Positions 20,769 to 29,170 of a DNA stretch of 64,000 bases are shown here, in pieces; position 1 is the stretch's first letter, and each line of letters begins with the position of its first letter. The DNA lies in contig CBFCWN010000003.1 in assembly GCA_965601515.1 (NCBI GenBank), positions 38,843 through 102,842 of the forward strand, given 5' to 3'. The DNA comes from an uncultured Myxococcales bacterium (lineage in GTDB: Bacteria > Myxococcota_A > Polyangia > Polyangiales > Houyiibacteriaceae). Under the pieces are notes generated by a model that was not told where the DNA came from, did not search any database, and saw only the letters and a list, made by a program, of their open reading frames with translations. The position numbers and the translations under genes were made by a program.

Positions 20769-22112
20769 TCAAGAAAGCCCCTGAGCAACCATGGCGTCGG
20801 CCACACGACGAAAACTCGCCCGGTTGGCCGCATCGGCGTAGTCGAGACCGCCACCGTCGCGCTCCATTTCTGCGACGCACTTCTCGTGAATGTCGCGCAT
20901 GATCTCGCGAAGTCGAGAGTCAACGTCATCACGCTCCCAGCGCATGCGGAGTGAGTTCTGTGACTGCTCGAAACCGCTAACCGTAACGCCACCGGCATTC
21001 GCGGCCTTTCCTGGGGCGAAGAGGACGCCCGCGCCCCGGAAGAGCTCGATGGCAGCGTCGGTCGACGGCATGTTCGCGCCTTCGACAATGGCCTCCACGC
21101 CGTTAGCGAGGAGAGCTTTCGCATCCTCTCCGTTCAGCTCGTTCTGTGTGGCGCATGGCATTGCGACGTCACATGGGACGCCCCACGGCTTGGCGCCTTC
21201 TTCGTACTCGACACCGGTGAGGTCCTCGCCGAGCTGGCGAAGACTGCCGCGTTCGTCGAGCTTGACCCTCTTGATGGTCGAAAGGCGTTCTTCGTCGAGT
21301 CCGTCCTCGCAACGAACGAATCCACTGGAATCGCTGAGCGTGACGACCTTGCCGCCGTCGCGGATGGCACGCTCTGCGGCAAAAAGGGCGACGTTTCCCG
21401 CACCGCTGATCGCAATGCGTTTGCCGGCGAGCGACTCATCACGCCGTTCCAGCATGCTGTCGAGAAAGTAAACGGCTCCATACCCGGTCGCCTCTTCGCG
21501 AATCGCGCTGCCGCCATATGCGAGGCCTTTGCCGGTCATCGCACCCTCGTACTGGTTCGAGAGCCGCATGTACTGCCCGAACAGGAAACCGATCTCACGT
21601 GTTCCGACACCGATGTCACCCGCCGGCACATCCGCGTCGGCTCCGATGTGACGAAAGAGCTCGGTCATGAAACTTTGGCAGAAGCGCATCACTTCACGAG
21701 AAGATTTGCCTTTGGGATCGAAGTTGGATCCGCCTTTAGCGCCGCCCATCGGCAAGCCTGTCAAACTGTTTTTGAAGGTCTGCTCGAATCCGAGGAACTT
21801 GAGGACGGACATGGTTACGTTCTTCTGAAAGCGAAGGCCGCCCTTGTAAGGCCCTATCGAGCGATTGAACTGCACCCGCCACGCACGGTTCACGCGAACG
21901 TTTCCGTCGCCGTCTTCCCACGTCACTCGAAACACGATGACGCGATCAGGCTCCGCAAGACGCTCGAGGATTCGCCCCTGCCGGTAGTCGGGATTCTCGC
22001 CGATCAGCGGGAAGACCGAATGAGCGACCTCAGCGACCGCCTGGATGAACTCCGGCTGGTGCGGGTTACGGCGTTTGACGTCGTTCATGAATTCCTCGAG
22101 AGAGTTCTCCAC
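20769..22112 (-). CDS. gdhA: NADP-specific glutamate dehydrogenase
   Basis: 447 aa. GPYKGGLRF and LPMGGAKGG Glu/Leu/Phe/Val dehydrogenase signatures, and the GAGNVA Rossmann motif. Confidence 0.95.
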   Translation of the reverse strand: MENSLEEFMNDVKRRNPHQPEFIQAVAEVAHSVFPLIGENPDYRQGRILERLAEPDRVIVFRVTWEDGDGNVRVNRAWRVQFNRSIGPYKGGLRFQKNVTMSVLKFLGFEQTFKNSLTGLPMGGAKGGSNFDPKGKSSREVMRFCQSFMTELFRHIGADADVPAGDIGVGTREIGFLFGQYMRLSNQYEGAMTGKGLAYGGSAIREEATGYGAVYFLDSMLERRDESLAGKRIAISGAGNVALFAAERAIRDGGKVVTLSDSSGFVRCEDGLDEERLSTIKRVKLDERGSLRQLGEDLTGVEYEEGAKPWGVPCDVAMPCATQNELNGEDAKALLANGVEAIVEGANMPSTDAAIELFRGAGVLFAPGKAANAGGVTVSGFEQSQNSLRMRWERDDVDSRLREIMRDIHEKCVAEMERDGGGLDYADAANRASFRRVADAMVAQGLS

Positions 22113-23258
22113 TCAGCGCCTCTTCCTTTGGACCTGGAGCTTGTCGACGACGCGCTCCACGCCGGTCTGGTTCTCGACGATCTCGCGAATCCGGTCTCGG
22201 TAAGTGGCGTTGGGGACTCGTCCGGCCATGACGGCGACGTCGCCAAAAACAGAAAGTTCGACCGGAAGCTCCGGGTAGCGTGAGCCAACCGCGCTACGTA
22301 CCCGTCGGGCAAGCGAACGATCACGCCGTTTCGCCTTCTTCGACACCACGAGATAGTCCTGAATCCCGCGAATCCCCGGAATCTGACGAACGAGCTGGAC
22401 GGCGCGACGGGCCTCCTGACGGTCCGCAACCGAGCCCGCAAGCGTCACCTGGCCTGATCGTACCGCCACCGCGAGCGTCGAGCCGTCGACCGCGGAGGCG
22501 TGCTTGAGCACCGTTCGCACGGCACGCGAAAGGGTGCGATCGTCCGACTGAACGCCCTGAATTTCGACGCCGTCCGCGATCACGTCGTCCACGCCGCTCA
22601 CTTCGGCCGCGACCTGCCGTGCGAGCTCGAGCCTCCACAGCGCGTCGATTTTTCCCTTGAGCAGGAGCACCCGACCGCAGGCCTCCACTCCGAGGTTCGC
22701 GCCGTATGGCGTGGCATCCGCATCGAGGTGTGCTCGTGCCGTCTCTTCGAGTGCAATTTCGCGTGGAGTGCGCTTGCGACCCCAGCCGATGAACTCTGGG
22801 CTCGTCAAGCGCAGCATCGTACGCTTGATCGCGTCACGATCTACGGGCCATTCGAAGGCCGCGGTCACTCCATCGGCGTACAGCGCACGACTGGTGCGAG
22901 CCGCCATCGGTCCGTTCATGACGACAAACGTCGCTACGTCGACACCCTCCGCTTTAATGCGCCGAGCGTACGCCAAGACCGAGTAGCTCGGAATCGGAGG
23001 TACGATGATCACTCCCTTTGTTTGTTCGGTCACGGCGGACTCGACGGCGTCAGGCTCATCGAGCCTTCGGCACGGAACGCCGAGCTCGGTGAGTAGCTTG
23101 TAAACGCGTTTCGAAAGTGCGCTCTTCCCCAAGATGAGCACATGAGGTCGTTCGTCCACTTTCGGCCGCGGCGGCACGCGTTTCTTTCGCGCGGCCGCGG
23201 GCTTTGGTCGACGTCTTCTTGCTTGTCGCTGGCGGACGGCTCGACCTGCGGTGCTCAT
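22113..23258 (-). CDS. BON-domain protein (three BON repeats) with Arg-rich N-terminus and degenerate receiver-like domain
   Basis: 381 aa. Three repeats of the BON pattern (e.g. VAVRSGQVTLAGSVADRQEARRAVQLVRQIPGIRGIQDYL). Residues about 38-152 look like a REC fold without the phosphoacceptor residues. Confidence 0.75.
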   Translation of the reverse strand: MSTAGRAVRQRQARRRRPKPAAARKKRVPPRPKVDERPHVLILGKSALSKRVYKLLTELGVPCRRLDEPDAVESAVTEQTKGVIIVPPIPSYSVLAYARRIKAEGVDVATFVVMNGPMAARTSRALYADGVTAAFEWPVDRDAIKRTMLRLTSPEFIGWGRKRTPREIALEETARAHLDADATPYGANLGVEACGRVLLLKGKIDALWRLELARQVAAEVSGVDDVIADGVEIQGVQSDDRTLSRAVRTVLKHASAVDGSTLAVAVRSGQVTLAGSVADRQEARRAVQLVRQIPGIRGIQDYLVVSKKAKRRDRSLARRVRSAVGSRYPELPVELSVFGDVAVMAGRVPNATYRDRIREIVENQTGVERVVDKLQVQRKRR

Positions 23259-24196
23259 GAAGCCTCCCGTTCGACGCTCATCTCAGCGTGTTTCTCGGAC
23301 GCGAGCCTCAGCGTTGGCAGTTCTTCGGAAAGTCGCCGGCCACCGCGAATGCCGAAATCCAGCGTACGAATCGGAAATGGGATCGTGATGTCGTTTGCGT
23401 GGAACGCTTCCTTCACGGCAACGATTGCATCGCTTCTGGCCTGAAGAAAGTCCGGCTGCTTGCGGAAATCGATCCAGAAACGACCCACCAAGTCGATCGA
23501 GCTCGCGCCGAACTCCTTGAAGTAGATCTGCACGTCTTGCGAGGAAGTCTGCCCACACACGCTTTCGAGGGCGGTGCGAACGACCCGCTCGACCTGCCTC
23601 AGATCTTCGCCGTACGAAACGCCGCATTCGACGTCAACACGACGACGACCCGACACCGTGTAGTTGACCACTTCGTTCTGGTAGACGTGCTTGTTCGGTA
23701 CGACGACGAGCTTTCCGTCCAGGGTCCTGATGTGCGACGTTCGCAGGTGGATCTCTTCGACGTTGCCGAACACACCGTTGGTTTCGACGAGGTCTCCTAT
23801 CTTGAAGGGCCATTTTCGGTGCACAGCGAGCCCGACGCCGCTGATCAGGTTGCCCGCGAGGTCCTGGAAGGCAAACCCGAGAGCAAGACCCACGACGCCC
23901 GCACCCGCCAGGATCGAGGCCAGCGCCTTGTCGAGGTTCATGACGCCAAGTGCGACCATGATGCCAGCGACGAGGATGGTGAGACGGAGGAGTTTCGAAA
24001 GCAAACCACGCGCGGCCTCGTTCGTGTCGAAACGCTGCAGCGCGCGGTCGCTTGCCGAGCAGGCGAGGCGTGCGGCGAACCAGAAGAATCCAAGGACTAG
24101 TAGTGAGACGATGATGTTGGGAAGCATGAGCGCGAGCTGGTCTACCCAGCTCGCGACCTTGCCTCCGATGTCTTCAGAGATGTCTCGAACGGACAT
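23255..24196 (-). CDS. mechanosensitive ion channel (MscS family)
   Basis: 313 aa. N-terminal TM helices plus the conserved FKIGDLVETNGVFGNVEEIHLRTSHIRTLDGKLVVVPN beta-domain motif. Confidence 0.9.
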   Translation of the reverse strand: MSVRDISEDIGGKVASWVDQLALMLPNIIVSLLVLGFFWFAARLACSASDRALQRFDTNEAARGLLSKLLRLTILVAGIMVALGVMNLDKALASILAGAGVVGLALGFAFQDLAGNLISGVGLAVHRKWPFKIGDLVETNGVFGNVEEIHLRTSHIRTLDGKLVVVPNKHVYQNEVVNYTVSGRRRVDVECGVSYGEDLRQVERVVRTALESVCGQTSSQDVQIYFKEFGASSIDLVGRFWIDFRKQPDFLQARSDAIVAVKEAFHANDITIPFPIRTLDFGIRGGRRLSEELPTLRLASEKHAEMSVEREAS

Positions 24197-24199
24197 CGG

Positions 24200-24685
24200 C
24201 TATACGTTCAGGTGGCTCTCGAGAAACCACATATCGAGCTCGGTTCCTCGAAGAATTTCAGTGTAGAGGTCCTCGGTCGCCGGGTCCGCTTGTTCCGAGG
24301 CCTCTTCGATGGCTTTTCGAATGAACTTGGTGTAGTCGCTGAAGCGGTCGACGAGCACCTTGATGTGCTGTTTCCCGTCGACGGCCCGAAGGTCGTACTC
24401 AGGGAGCGTCGACTCGGACGCGCTCAAACGAGTCGTACCCGCTGCGTATCCGCCCAGCGTGGTGGCGCGCTCCGCGATGTCGTCGGCGAAGTCGCGTAGA
24501 CGACCGGCCATCGTGTCGAAGAGTTCGTGGCGCGCGAAGAACTGCGGCCCCTTGATGTTCCAGTGTGCCTGCTTGACCTGCGAGTAGAGGTCGTTGGTGG
24601 TGCCCAAGGCTGTATTCAAAGTTCGGACGAGGGTTTCCTTCGTGTCGTCGGGTAAGGCTACGTGGCTGTTGAACTTGGTTGTCAT
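24200..24685 (-). CDS. dps: DNA starvation/stationary-phase protection protein Dps
   Basis: 161 aa. LYSQVKQAHWNIKGPQFFARHELFD ferroxidase-site pattern. Confidence 0.92.
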   Translation of the reverse strand: MTTKFNSHVALPDDTKETLVRTLNTALGTTNDLYSQVKQAHWNIKGPQFFARHELFDTMAGRLRDFADDIAERATTLGGYAAGTTRLSASESTLPEYDLRAVDGKQHIKVLVDRFSDYTKFIRKAIEEASEQADPATEDLYTEILRGTELDMWFLESHLNV

Positions 24686-24750
24686 GAGTGATGCATGTTC
24701 CTTTCAAAGTGGTGATGGGTGAATGGATGGCCGTCTCGAGACGGCTGAGC

Positions 24751-25053
24751 TCAGCTCGGAAGTGCGATCTGATTGACGAGCTTCTGAACGCGCGCTCGGA
24801 GATCGGCGCCGACCTTTTCGAGATCAGCGCGCGTCTCTTCGGACGCGTTCGCGACTTCGCCTCCGAAGCGCTTCACCTCCTCGTCGAGAACATCGAGGGT
24901 GTGTCGGGCTTCTGCGCTCGCCCCCTTCGTCTTGACTCGAAGGTCTTGAATCATCCGATCGAGCTCAATGCGAAGAGCTTTGACCGCCGACGTCACATTC
25001 GTCGCGACTGTCGGTTTGGTGTCTCTAGGCTGCATTCGGGCTTCGTTTTGCAT
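24751..25053 (-). CDS. small predicted all-helical hypothetical protein (100 aa)
   Basis: ATG at 25053 is preceded by AAAGGAG with 4-nt spacing. The sequence is rich in heptad-like charged helices (LDVLDEEVKRFGGEVANASEETRADLEKVGADLRARVQKLV). Track start 25089 is less likely. Confidence 0.6.
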   Translation of the reverse strand: MQNEARMQPRDTKPTVATNVTSAVKALRIELDRMIQDLRVKTKGASAEARHTLDVLDEEVKRFGGEVANASEETRADLEKVGADLRARVQKLVNQIALPS

Positions 25054-25085
25054 GTGTCTCCTTTGATGAAAGGCCGCGTCCGCAC

Positions 25086-25116
25086 ACACGAACGCAAGGC
25101 GTCGCCGGGTTCGTGT
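25086..25116. promoter_or_regulatory. perfect 8-bp inverted repeat ACACGAAC-N15-GTTCGTGT in the leader of the stress operon
   Basis: Read directly: 25086-25093 acacgaac and 25109-25116 gttcgtgt. It lies between the putative promoter and the start codon at 25053. Confidence 0.35.
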
Positions 25117-25230
25117 TCGACGAAAGTAGCCGCGTCAGTGTCCACGTCATGTGAGTGACGAAGCGGCGGGTTGGATGGAGCTGTTTGCAGGATGTGAATC
25201 GAACTGCGGGACAGCGCCTGTGTGAAGATG

Positions 25231-25258
25231 ACTATAGGGGGTTGAGCTAGAATTGCAA
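25231..25258 (-). promoter_or_regulatory. putative sigma70-type promoter (TTGCAA-N16-TATAGT) reading toward the small-protein/dps operon
   Basis: The minus strand reads TTGCAAttctagctcaacccccTATAGT, inside the only AT-richer patch of a 335-nt intergenic region. Confidence 0.4.
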
Positions 25259-25424
25259 GTTTTTCGTGTAAAATTGGCCAATTCCGCGCAGAGCGTAGGC
25301 TGGACCGACCGTGTTGTCCGAGGAGGCCATGCGACTCAAGTGCAAGGCATCACCTCGCGAAGACCTCGCTCGATCCGCGCCGGACGACCCCACGGCCGCC
25401 GACGTTTGGCCTGACCGTTGGGCT

Positions 25425-26648
25425 CTAGGCGAAGTTGGCGGGCCGCTCGACGCAAATCACGCCTCCCGGTGCCTCGATGAGAGTCGCGCACTGGTTGCAG
25501 TGGCTGCAGCCGTTCTTGTAGTTGGGTCTCGCCTGCGCCTGCTTCGGGAAATCCGGATCGAAGAGGAGGGCGCGACCGAGCTGAATGAAGTCGAAACCCG
25601 CGTCCATCACACGTCGAACGCTGTCGTTGGTGCACACACCACCGATGTAGCAGACGCCGCACTGTACTCGATCCCGAATGCGCTGGGCGTGCTCGAGGAA
25701 ATACGTCTCTTCGTACGGGTAGTTCTTGAACATGAACGGCGCAGAGAGTCGAATGCCGACCTTCATCAAGAGGCTCTTTTCGTGCTTCACGAGCCCGGGG
25801 ACGAGACTGTCACCGCGGAAGAGCAGCATCGGGTTCATACTGCTCGTGCCACCGCTGCAGATGATGACGTCGATGCCGCCGGCCTCGAGCATCGCCGCGA
25901 TTTCGATAGAGTCCTCGTAGGTCACCCCGCCCGCAACGCCGTCGGTCATGCTGATCTTACCGAGCAGCGGATAGTCGTCACCAACGTTCTTCCGCACCTC
26001 CGCAAGGACCTCGAGCGCGAACCGCATTCGGTTTTCGAGAGTTCCTCCGTACTCGTCTGTGCGCTTGTTGGTCTTCGGACTGATGAACTGGCTGATGCCG
26101 TATCCGTGTCCGAAGTGGATCTCGATGGCATCGAAACCGACCGATTTCATGAATGCAGCGGCACGTCCGATGATCTCCGTCCGTTCTCGAATCTGGGCCT
26201 TCGTCATCTCTCCGACCCGAGAGAGCCCGTACGTGATTCCAAGAGGATTCATGCCCTTCGAGGGACCGAGTGGGCGCTTGCCCGTGAAGTCACGATTCTT
26301 CGTGAATGAGCCCGCGTGCCCGAGCTGACCCGACGCCTTGGCGCCCGTCGCCTGCACGGTGGTCAGGAAGCGTTCGAGCTCCGGACGAATCCCCTCGTGC
26401 ATGTACATCATGTTCTCGTGAATGCGCCCGTCCGCCTCGGCTGCGCAGTACGCGAGGGTCGTCATTCCGACGCCGCCTTGGCCGATACGCTCGTGGAACT
26501 TGGTCAGCGCGTGGCTTGGTACGCCTCCGGGAGACTTCCCCTCGAAGGTGGCGGCTTTGATCAGCCGGTTGCGAAGCGTGAGCCCGTTGATCGACGCCTC
26601 GGAGAAACATTTTTGCAGGCCATCCGGCACGTCGTGAGGGTAAGACAA
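25425..26648 (-). CDS. NADH:flavin oxidoreductase, Old-Yellow-Enzyme/2,4-dienoyl-CoA-reductase N-terminal type, with C-terminal 4-Cys cluster
   Basis: TIM-barrel OYE motifs (LRNRLIKAAT, FDAIEIHFGHGYGISQF, RMRFALEV) and a terminal CSHCNQC-x11-C. The track ORF (512 aa) was trimmed to TTG at 26648 because the extension overlaps the divergent gene. The start is uncertain by about 30 nt. Confidence 0.8.
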   Translation of the reverse strand: MSYPHDVPDGLQKCFSEASINGLTLRNRLIKAATFEGKSPGGVPSHALTKFHERIGQGGVGMTTLAYCAAEADGRIHENMMYMHEGIRPELERFLTTVQATGAKASGQLGHAGSFTKNRDFTGKRPLGPSKGMNPLGITYGLSRVGEMTKAQIRERTEIIGRAAAFMKSVGFDAIEIHFGHGYGISQFISPKTNKRTDEYGGTLENRMRFALEVLAEVRKNVGDDYPLLGKISMTDGVAGGVTYEDSIEIAAMLEAGGIDVIICSGGTSSMNPMLLFRGDSLVPGLVKHEKSLLMKVGIRLSAPFMFKNYPYEETYFLEHAQRIRDRVQCGVCYIGGVCTNDSVRRVMDAGFDFIQLGRALLFDPDFPKQAQARPNYKNGCSHCNQCATLIEAPGGVICVERPANFA

Positions 26649-26690
26649 CGCTCGTTTGATCGCTAGGCGGCTGCTACGTTTCGCTGCGCC

Positions 26691-27434
26691 ATGCCGGAAA
26701 CCCAACCGACGATCCGCTACACGATCCGAGGCATCGAGCTCGACGCGAGCCGGTCCGTGCCACCTGGATGGCTCAGTCGAATTTTCGAAGACACTCGATG
26801 GCGCGTCTTCGCCATGGAGGGGTACGCGCTTCGCGGCCTCATGACCGGAGGCGTCGCGCGGGCAGGAACATACGAGTACGAAGCGCCGCTGAGCTTCGGA
26901 GAGGACATCGAGATCACGACGTGGGTCGCTCGGGTTGGCCGAACCAGCTTCGACTTCGGCCACCGGATCGTCCGCATGGGGGACGGCGCCGTTGCGGCCA
27001 GTGCGCGGATGACCGTCGTCAATCTCGGACCAAGCGGCCCGGCCCCGGTCGACCCCATCGTCGAGTCGTACGTGACCGACGACCTGGTGGCGCCGGCCGT
27101 GAGCCCCTTCCCCGACGGCCCTCGGAACGAGTCATGGTCACGCGAGTGGACCGTACGACCGAGCGACCAAGACAGCTTCCAGCACGTCAACCAAGCGCGC
27201 TACGTCGACTACATCGATGACACGCGTTGGTTCGCCGCCAAGGCAGGAGCGACCGCGGGACTCGTCGGCAGGCTCGACGGTTTGACGGTCGAGTACGTGC
27301 GAGAAGCCCACGCTGGGGAGCTCGTCCGAATGGAGACGTGGCCCACATCGGAGACGTCGCGCGCCTACGAGCTGACCCGGCAGCCCGACGGCGAAGTGCT
27401 CACGCGCGGACAGGCGTTCCAGCACGCACGCTAA
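26691..27434 (+). CDS. tandem hot-dog-fold thioesterase (acyl-ACP/acyl-CoA thioesterase-like)
   Basis: 247 aa with two repeats of the 4HBT-like pattern. The second half contains DQDSFQHVNQARYVDY. Confidence 0.7.
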   Translation: MPETQPTIRYTIRGIELDASRSVPPGWLSRIFEDTRWRVFAMEGYALRGLMTGGVARAGTYEYEAPLSFGEDIEITTWVARVGRTSFDFGHRIVRMGDGAVAASARMTVVNLGPSGPAPVDPIVESYVTDDLVAPAVSPFPDGPRNESWSREWTVRPSDQDSFQHVNQARYVDYIDDTRWFAAKAGATAGLVGRLDGLTVEYVREAHAGELVRMETWPTSETSRAYELTRQPDGEVLTRGQAFQHAR

Positions 27435-27474
27435 AGAGTCGCGCTAGAACCACAAGACGTCTATTCTCGGCTCG

Positions 27475-28623
27475 ATGTTTCCGAGCGGCGGCGCGCAAAC
27501 TCGACCGGAGTTGCTCTTCGCGGGTCGGTACGCCGTCGATGGCGCACTTCCGTGGGGCGGGGTGATCACTTACTACCGGGGAGCAACCGAGCGAACCCCG
27601 GTCGTACTCGGCGTCTTTCCAATGGATGTGAGCCGCGCCCCCGAAGCGGCCGTGGCGTTCGCCCGGTTCGCGCAGCGCCTTGGCCAAGTGCGGTCGAGGG
27701 CTGTGCCCAAGGTGCTCGACGCGGGCGCGATCGATGGGGTCCCATATCTCGCCTTCGAGGACACGCGCGGTCGACCGCTGTCCGACCTCCTTCAGGCTCG
27801 TCCGCTCAGCTCGATCGAGATACTGCGGCTCGGAACGGAAATCCTCGATGCTCTCGAAGAGAGTCATGCTCGGGGGCTCGTTCACGGCGACCTCACTCCA
27901 CACAACGTCGTCGTGTCGCGCGACTCGCGCGGCCGCTTGCACTCGCGCGTGCTCGGCATCGGCGCTCTCTCGCTCCTTCGCGCAACGCCCGAGTCGAGCA
28001 GGCGCCGTACCGGCTCTGGGAAGTTTGCGATTCCCTACATGGCGCCCGAGCTGGTCGGAGGTGCACCCACTCCGGCAAGCGACCTCTTCTCGGTGGGCAC
28101 GCTTCTTCATCACATGGTGCTCGGTGCGCCGCCGGTCGGTTGGGAGGGGGAAGAGGGTTTCGAGGACCTGAGCGGATTGCACGAGGTCATCGCCCGCGCG
28201 CGCTCCCCGCGGGCCGAAGAACGCTACGAAAGCGCCGCGGCCATGAGAGCCGCGCTCGATTGGGTGGAGATCGAGTCGTCGAAGCGAAACCCGGAGACGC
28301 AGGACATCGCGCCCTGGATGATGAATTCGTACGTCGGTTCGATCCCGGTTCCCGTTCTTGCGTCCTCGTTTCCACCCACTCAAAGGAGCAGCCTGCATCC
28401 TCCTGGGACGGTGCTGAGCGGACCGCCTCCCCGGATGCACTCCGGAGCGGTCCCGAAACGTGCGAAGCTCTCCGCCCGCCGGCCCCGCTGGCTGCTGCCC
28501 GCGCTTCTGCTATTGCTGCTTGGAACGCTCGTGCTGTTTGCTTCCTGGCACAACGCGCTACCGGGTGAAGCGCTTGAGTCGACTTTCGAGCCCCACTCTA
28601 CGGAGGGGGCCAGTGCCGACTAG
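27475..28623 (+). CDS. membrane-anchored Ser/Thr-kinase-like protein, predicted pseudokinase
   Basis: Hanks-type fold (HGDLTPHN, YMAPE, DLFSVGTLL). VAIK Lys is replaced (VVLG), there is no alpha-C Glu, and DFG is replaced (GIG). C-terminal TM helix WLLPALLLLLLGTLVLFASW. Confidence 0.75.
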   Translation: MFPSGGAQTRPELLFAGRYAVDGALPWGGVITYYRGATERTPVVLGVFPMDVSRAPEAAVAFARFAQRLGQVRSRAVPKVLDAGAIDGVPYLAFEDTRGRPLSDLLQARPLSSIEILRLGTEILDALEESHARGLVHGDLTPHNVVVSRDSRGRLHSRVLGIGALSLLRATPESSRRRTGSGKFAIPYMAPELVGGAPTPASDLFSVGTLLHHMVLGAPPVGWEGEEGFEDLSGLHEVIARARSPRAEERYESAAAMRAALDWVEIESSKRNPETQDIAPWMMNSYVGSIPVPVLASSFPPTQRSSLHPPGTVLSGPPPRMHSGAVPKRAKLSARRPRWLLPALLLLLLGTLVLFASWHNALPGEALESTFEPHSTEGASAD

Positions 28624-29170
28624 CGGGCCGACGGACGAAGAGCTCATGGCCGCGTACGTTCGCGGCGACGACGCCGCGTTCCGCGACCTCTTCGAACGCT
28701 ACGCGCCGATTCTTCTGAGGCTCACCCGACGCCACTTACGCGACGACGAGCTCGCACGAGAAATCGTGCAGCAAACTTTCTTCCGACTTCACGGCGCGCG
28801 AAACGACTTCCGGCAAGGGTCGAAGCTACGTCCGTGGGTGATGACGATCGCAATGAATCTCGTCCGAGAACACTGGCGGCGAACCAAGCGCCGGAAACAG
28901 ACCGATCTCGAGGTGGACACTCAGGCGGCGCCGCAGGCGGACTTCTTGCCGATCGAGCTTCGGCAGCGCTCGGCTCTCCTCCACGGGGCTCTCGAAAAGC
29001 TCCCGGTGAGCCAGCGAGAGGTGATCGAGCTCCACTGGTTTCAGGAACGCCCATACGCGGAAATAGCGGAAATTGTTGGCACTTCAGAGGGTGCGGTGCG
29101 AGTTCGTGCCCATCGCGCGTACACAACCTTGAAACAATTATTGGTTTCGGAAATACGTGGAGAGGAATGA
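28613..29170 (+). CDS. ECF-type RNA polymerase sigma factor (sigma-70 family, regions 2 and 4)
   Basis: GTG at 28613 is preceded by GGAGGGGG. EELMAAYVRGDDAAFRDLFERYAP..., and region 4 LPVSQREVIELHWFQERPYAEIAEIVGTSEGAVRVRAHRA. Overlaps the kinase-like gene by 11 nt. Confidence 0.88.
   Translation: MPTSGPTDEELMAAYVRGDDAAFRDLFERYAPILLRLTRRHLRDDELAREIVQQTFFRLHGARNDFRQGSKLRPWVMTIAMNLVREHWRRTKRRKQTDLEVDTQAAPQADFLPIELRQRSALLHGALEKLPVSQREVIELHWFQERPYAEIAEIVGTSEGAVRVRAHRAYTTLKQLLVSEIRGEE

Noticed and set aside
25311-26309. 332-aa plus-strand ORF
   Set aside because: It is antisense to the OYE-family gene, which has strong family motifs.
27447-27474. GAAC-containing sequence upstream of the pseudokinase gene as a possible ECF-type autoregulatory promoter
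   Set aside because: Only a 4-nt -35-like match was found, with no convincing CGT-type -10 at proper spacing. The 40-nt gap after the thioesterase gene may simply be intra-operonic.
27400-28440. 346-aa minus-strand ORF, and the 338-aa plus-strand ORF at 27552..28568
   Set aside because: These are shadow frames of the kinase-like gene. The kinase frame carries the ordered Hanks subdomains and these frames do not.
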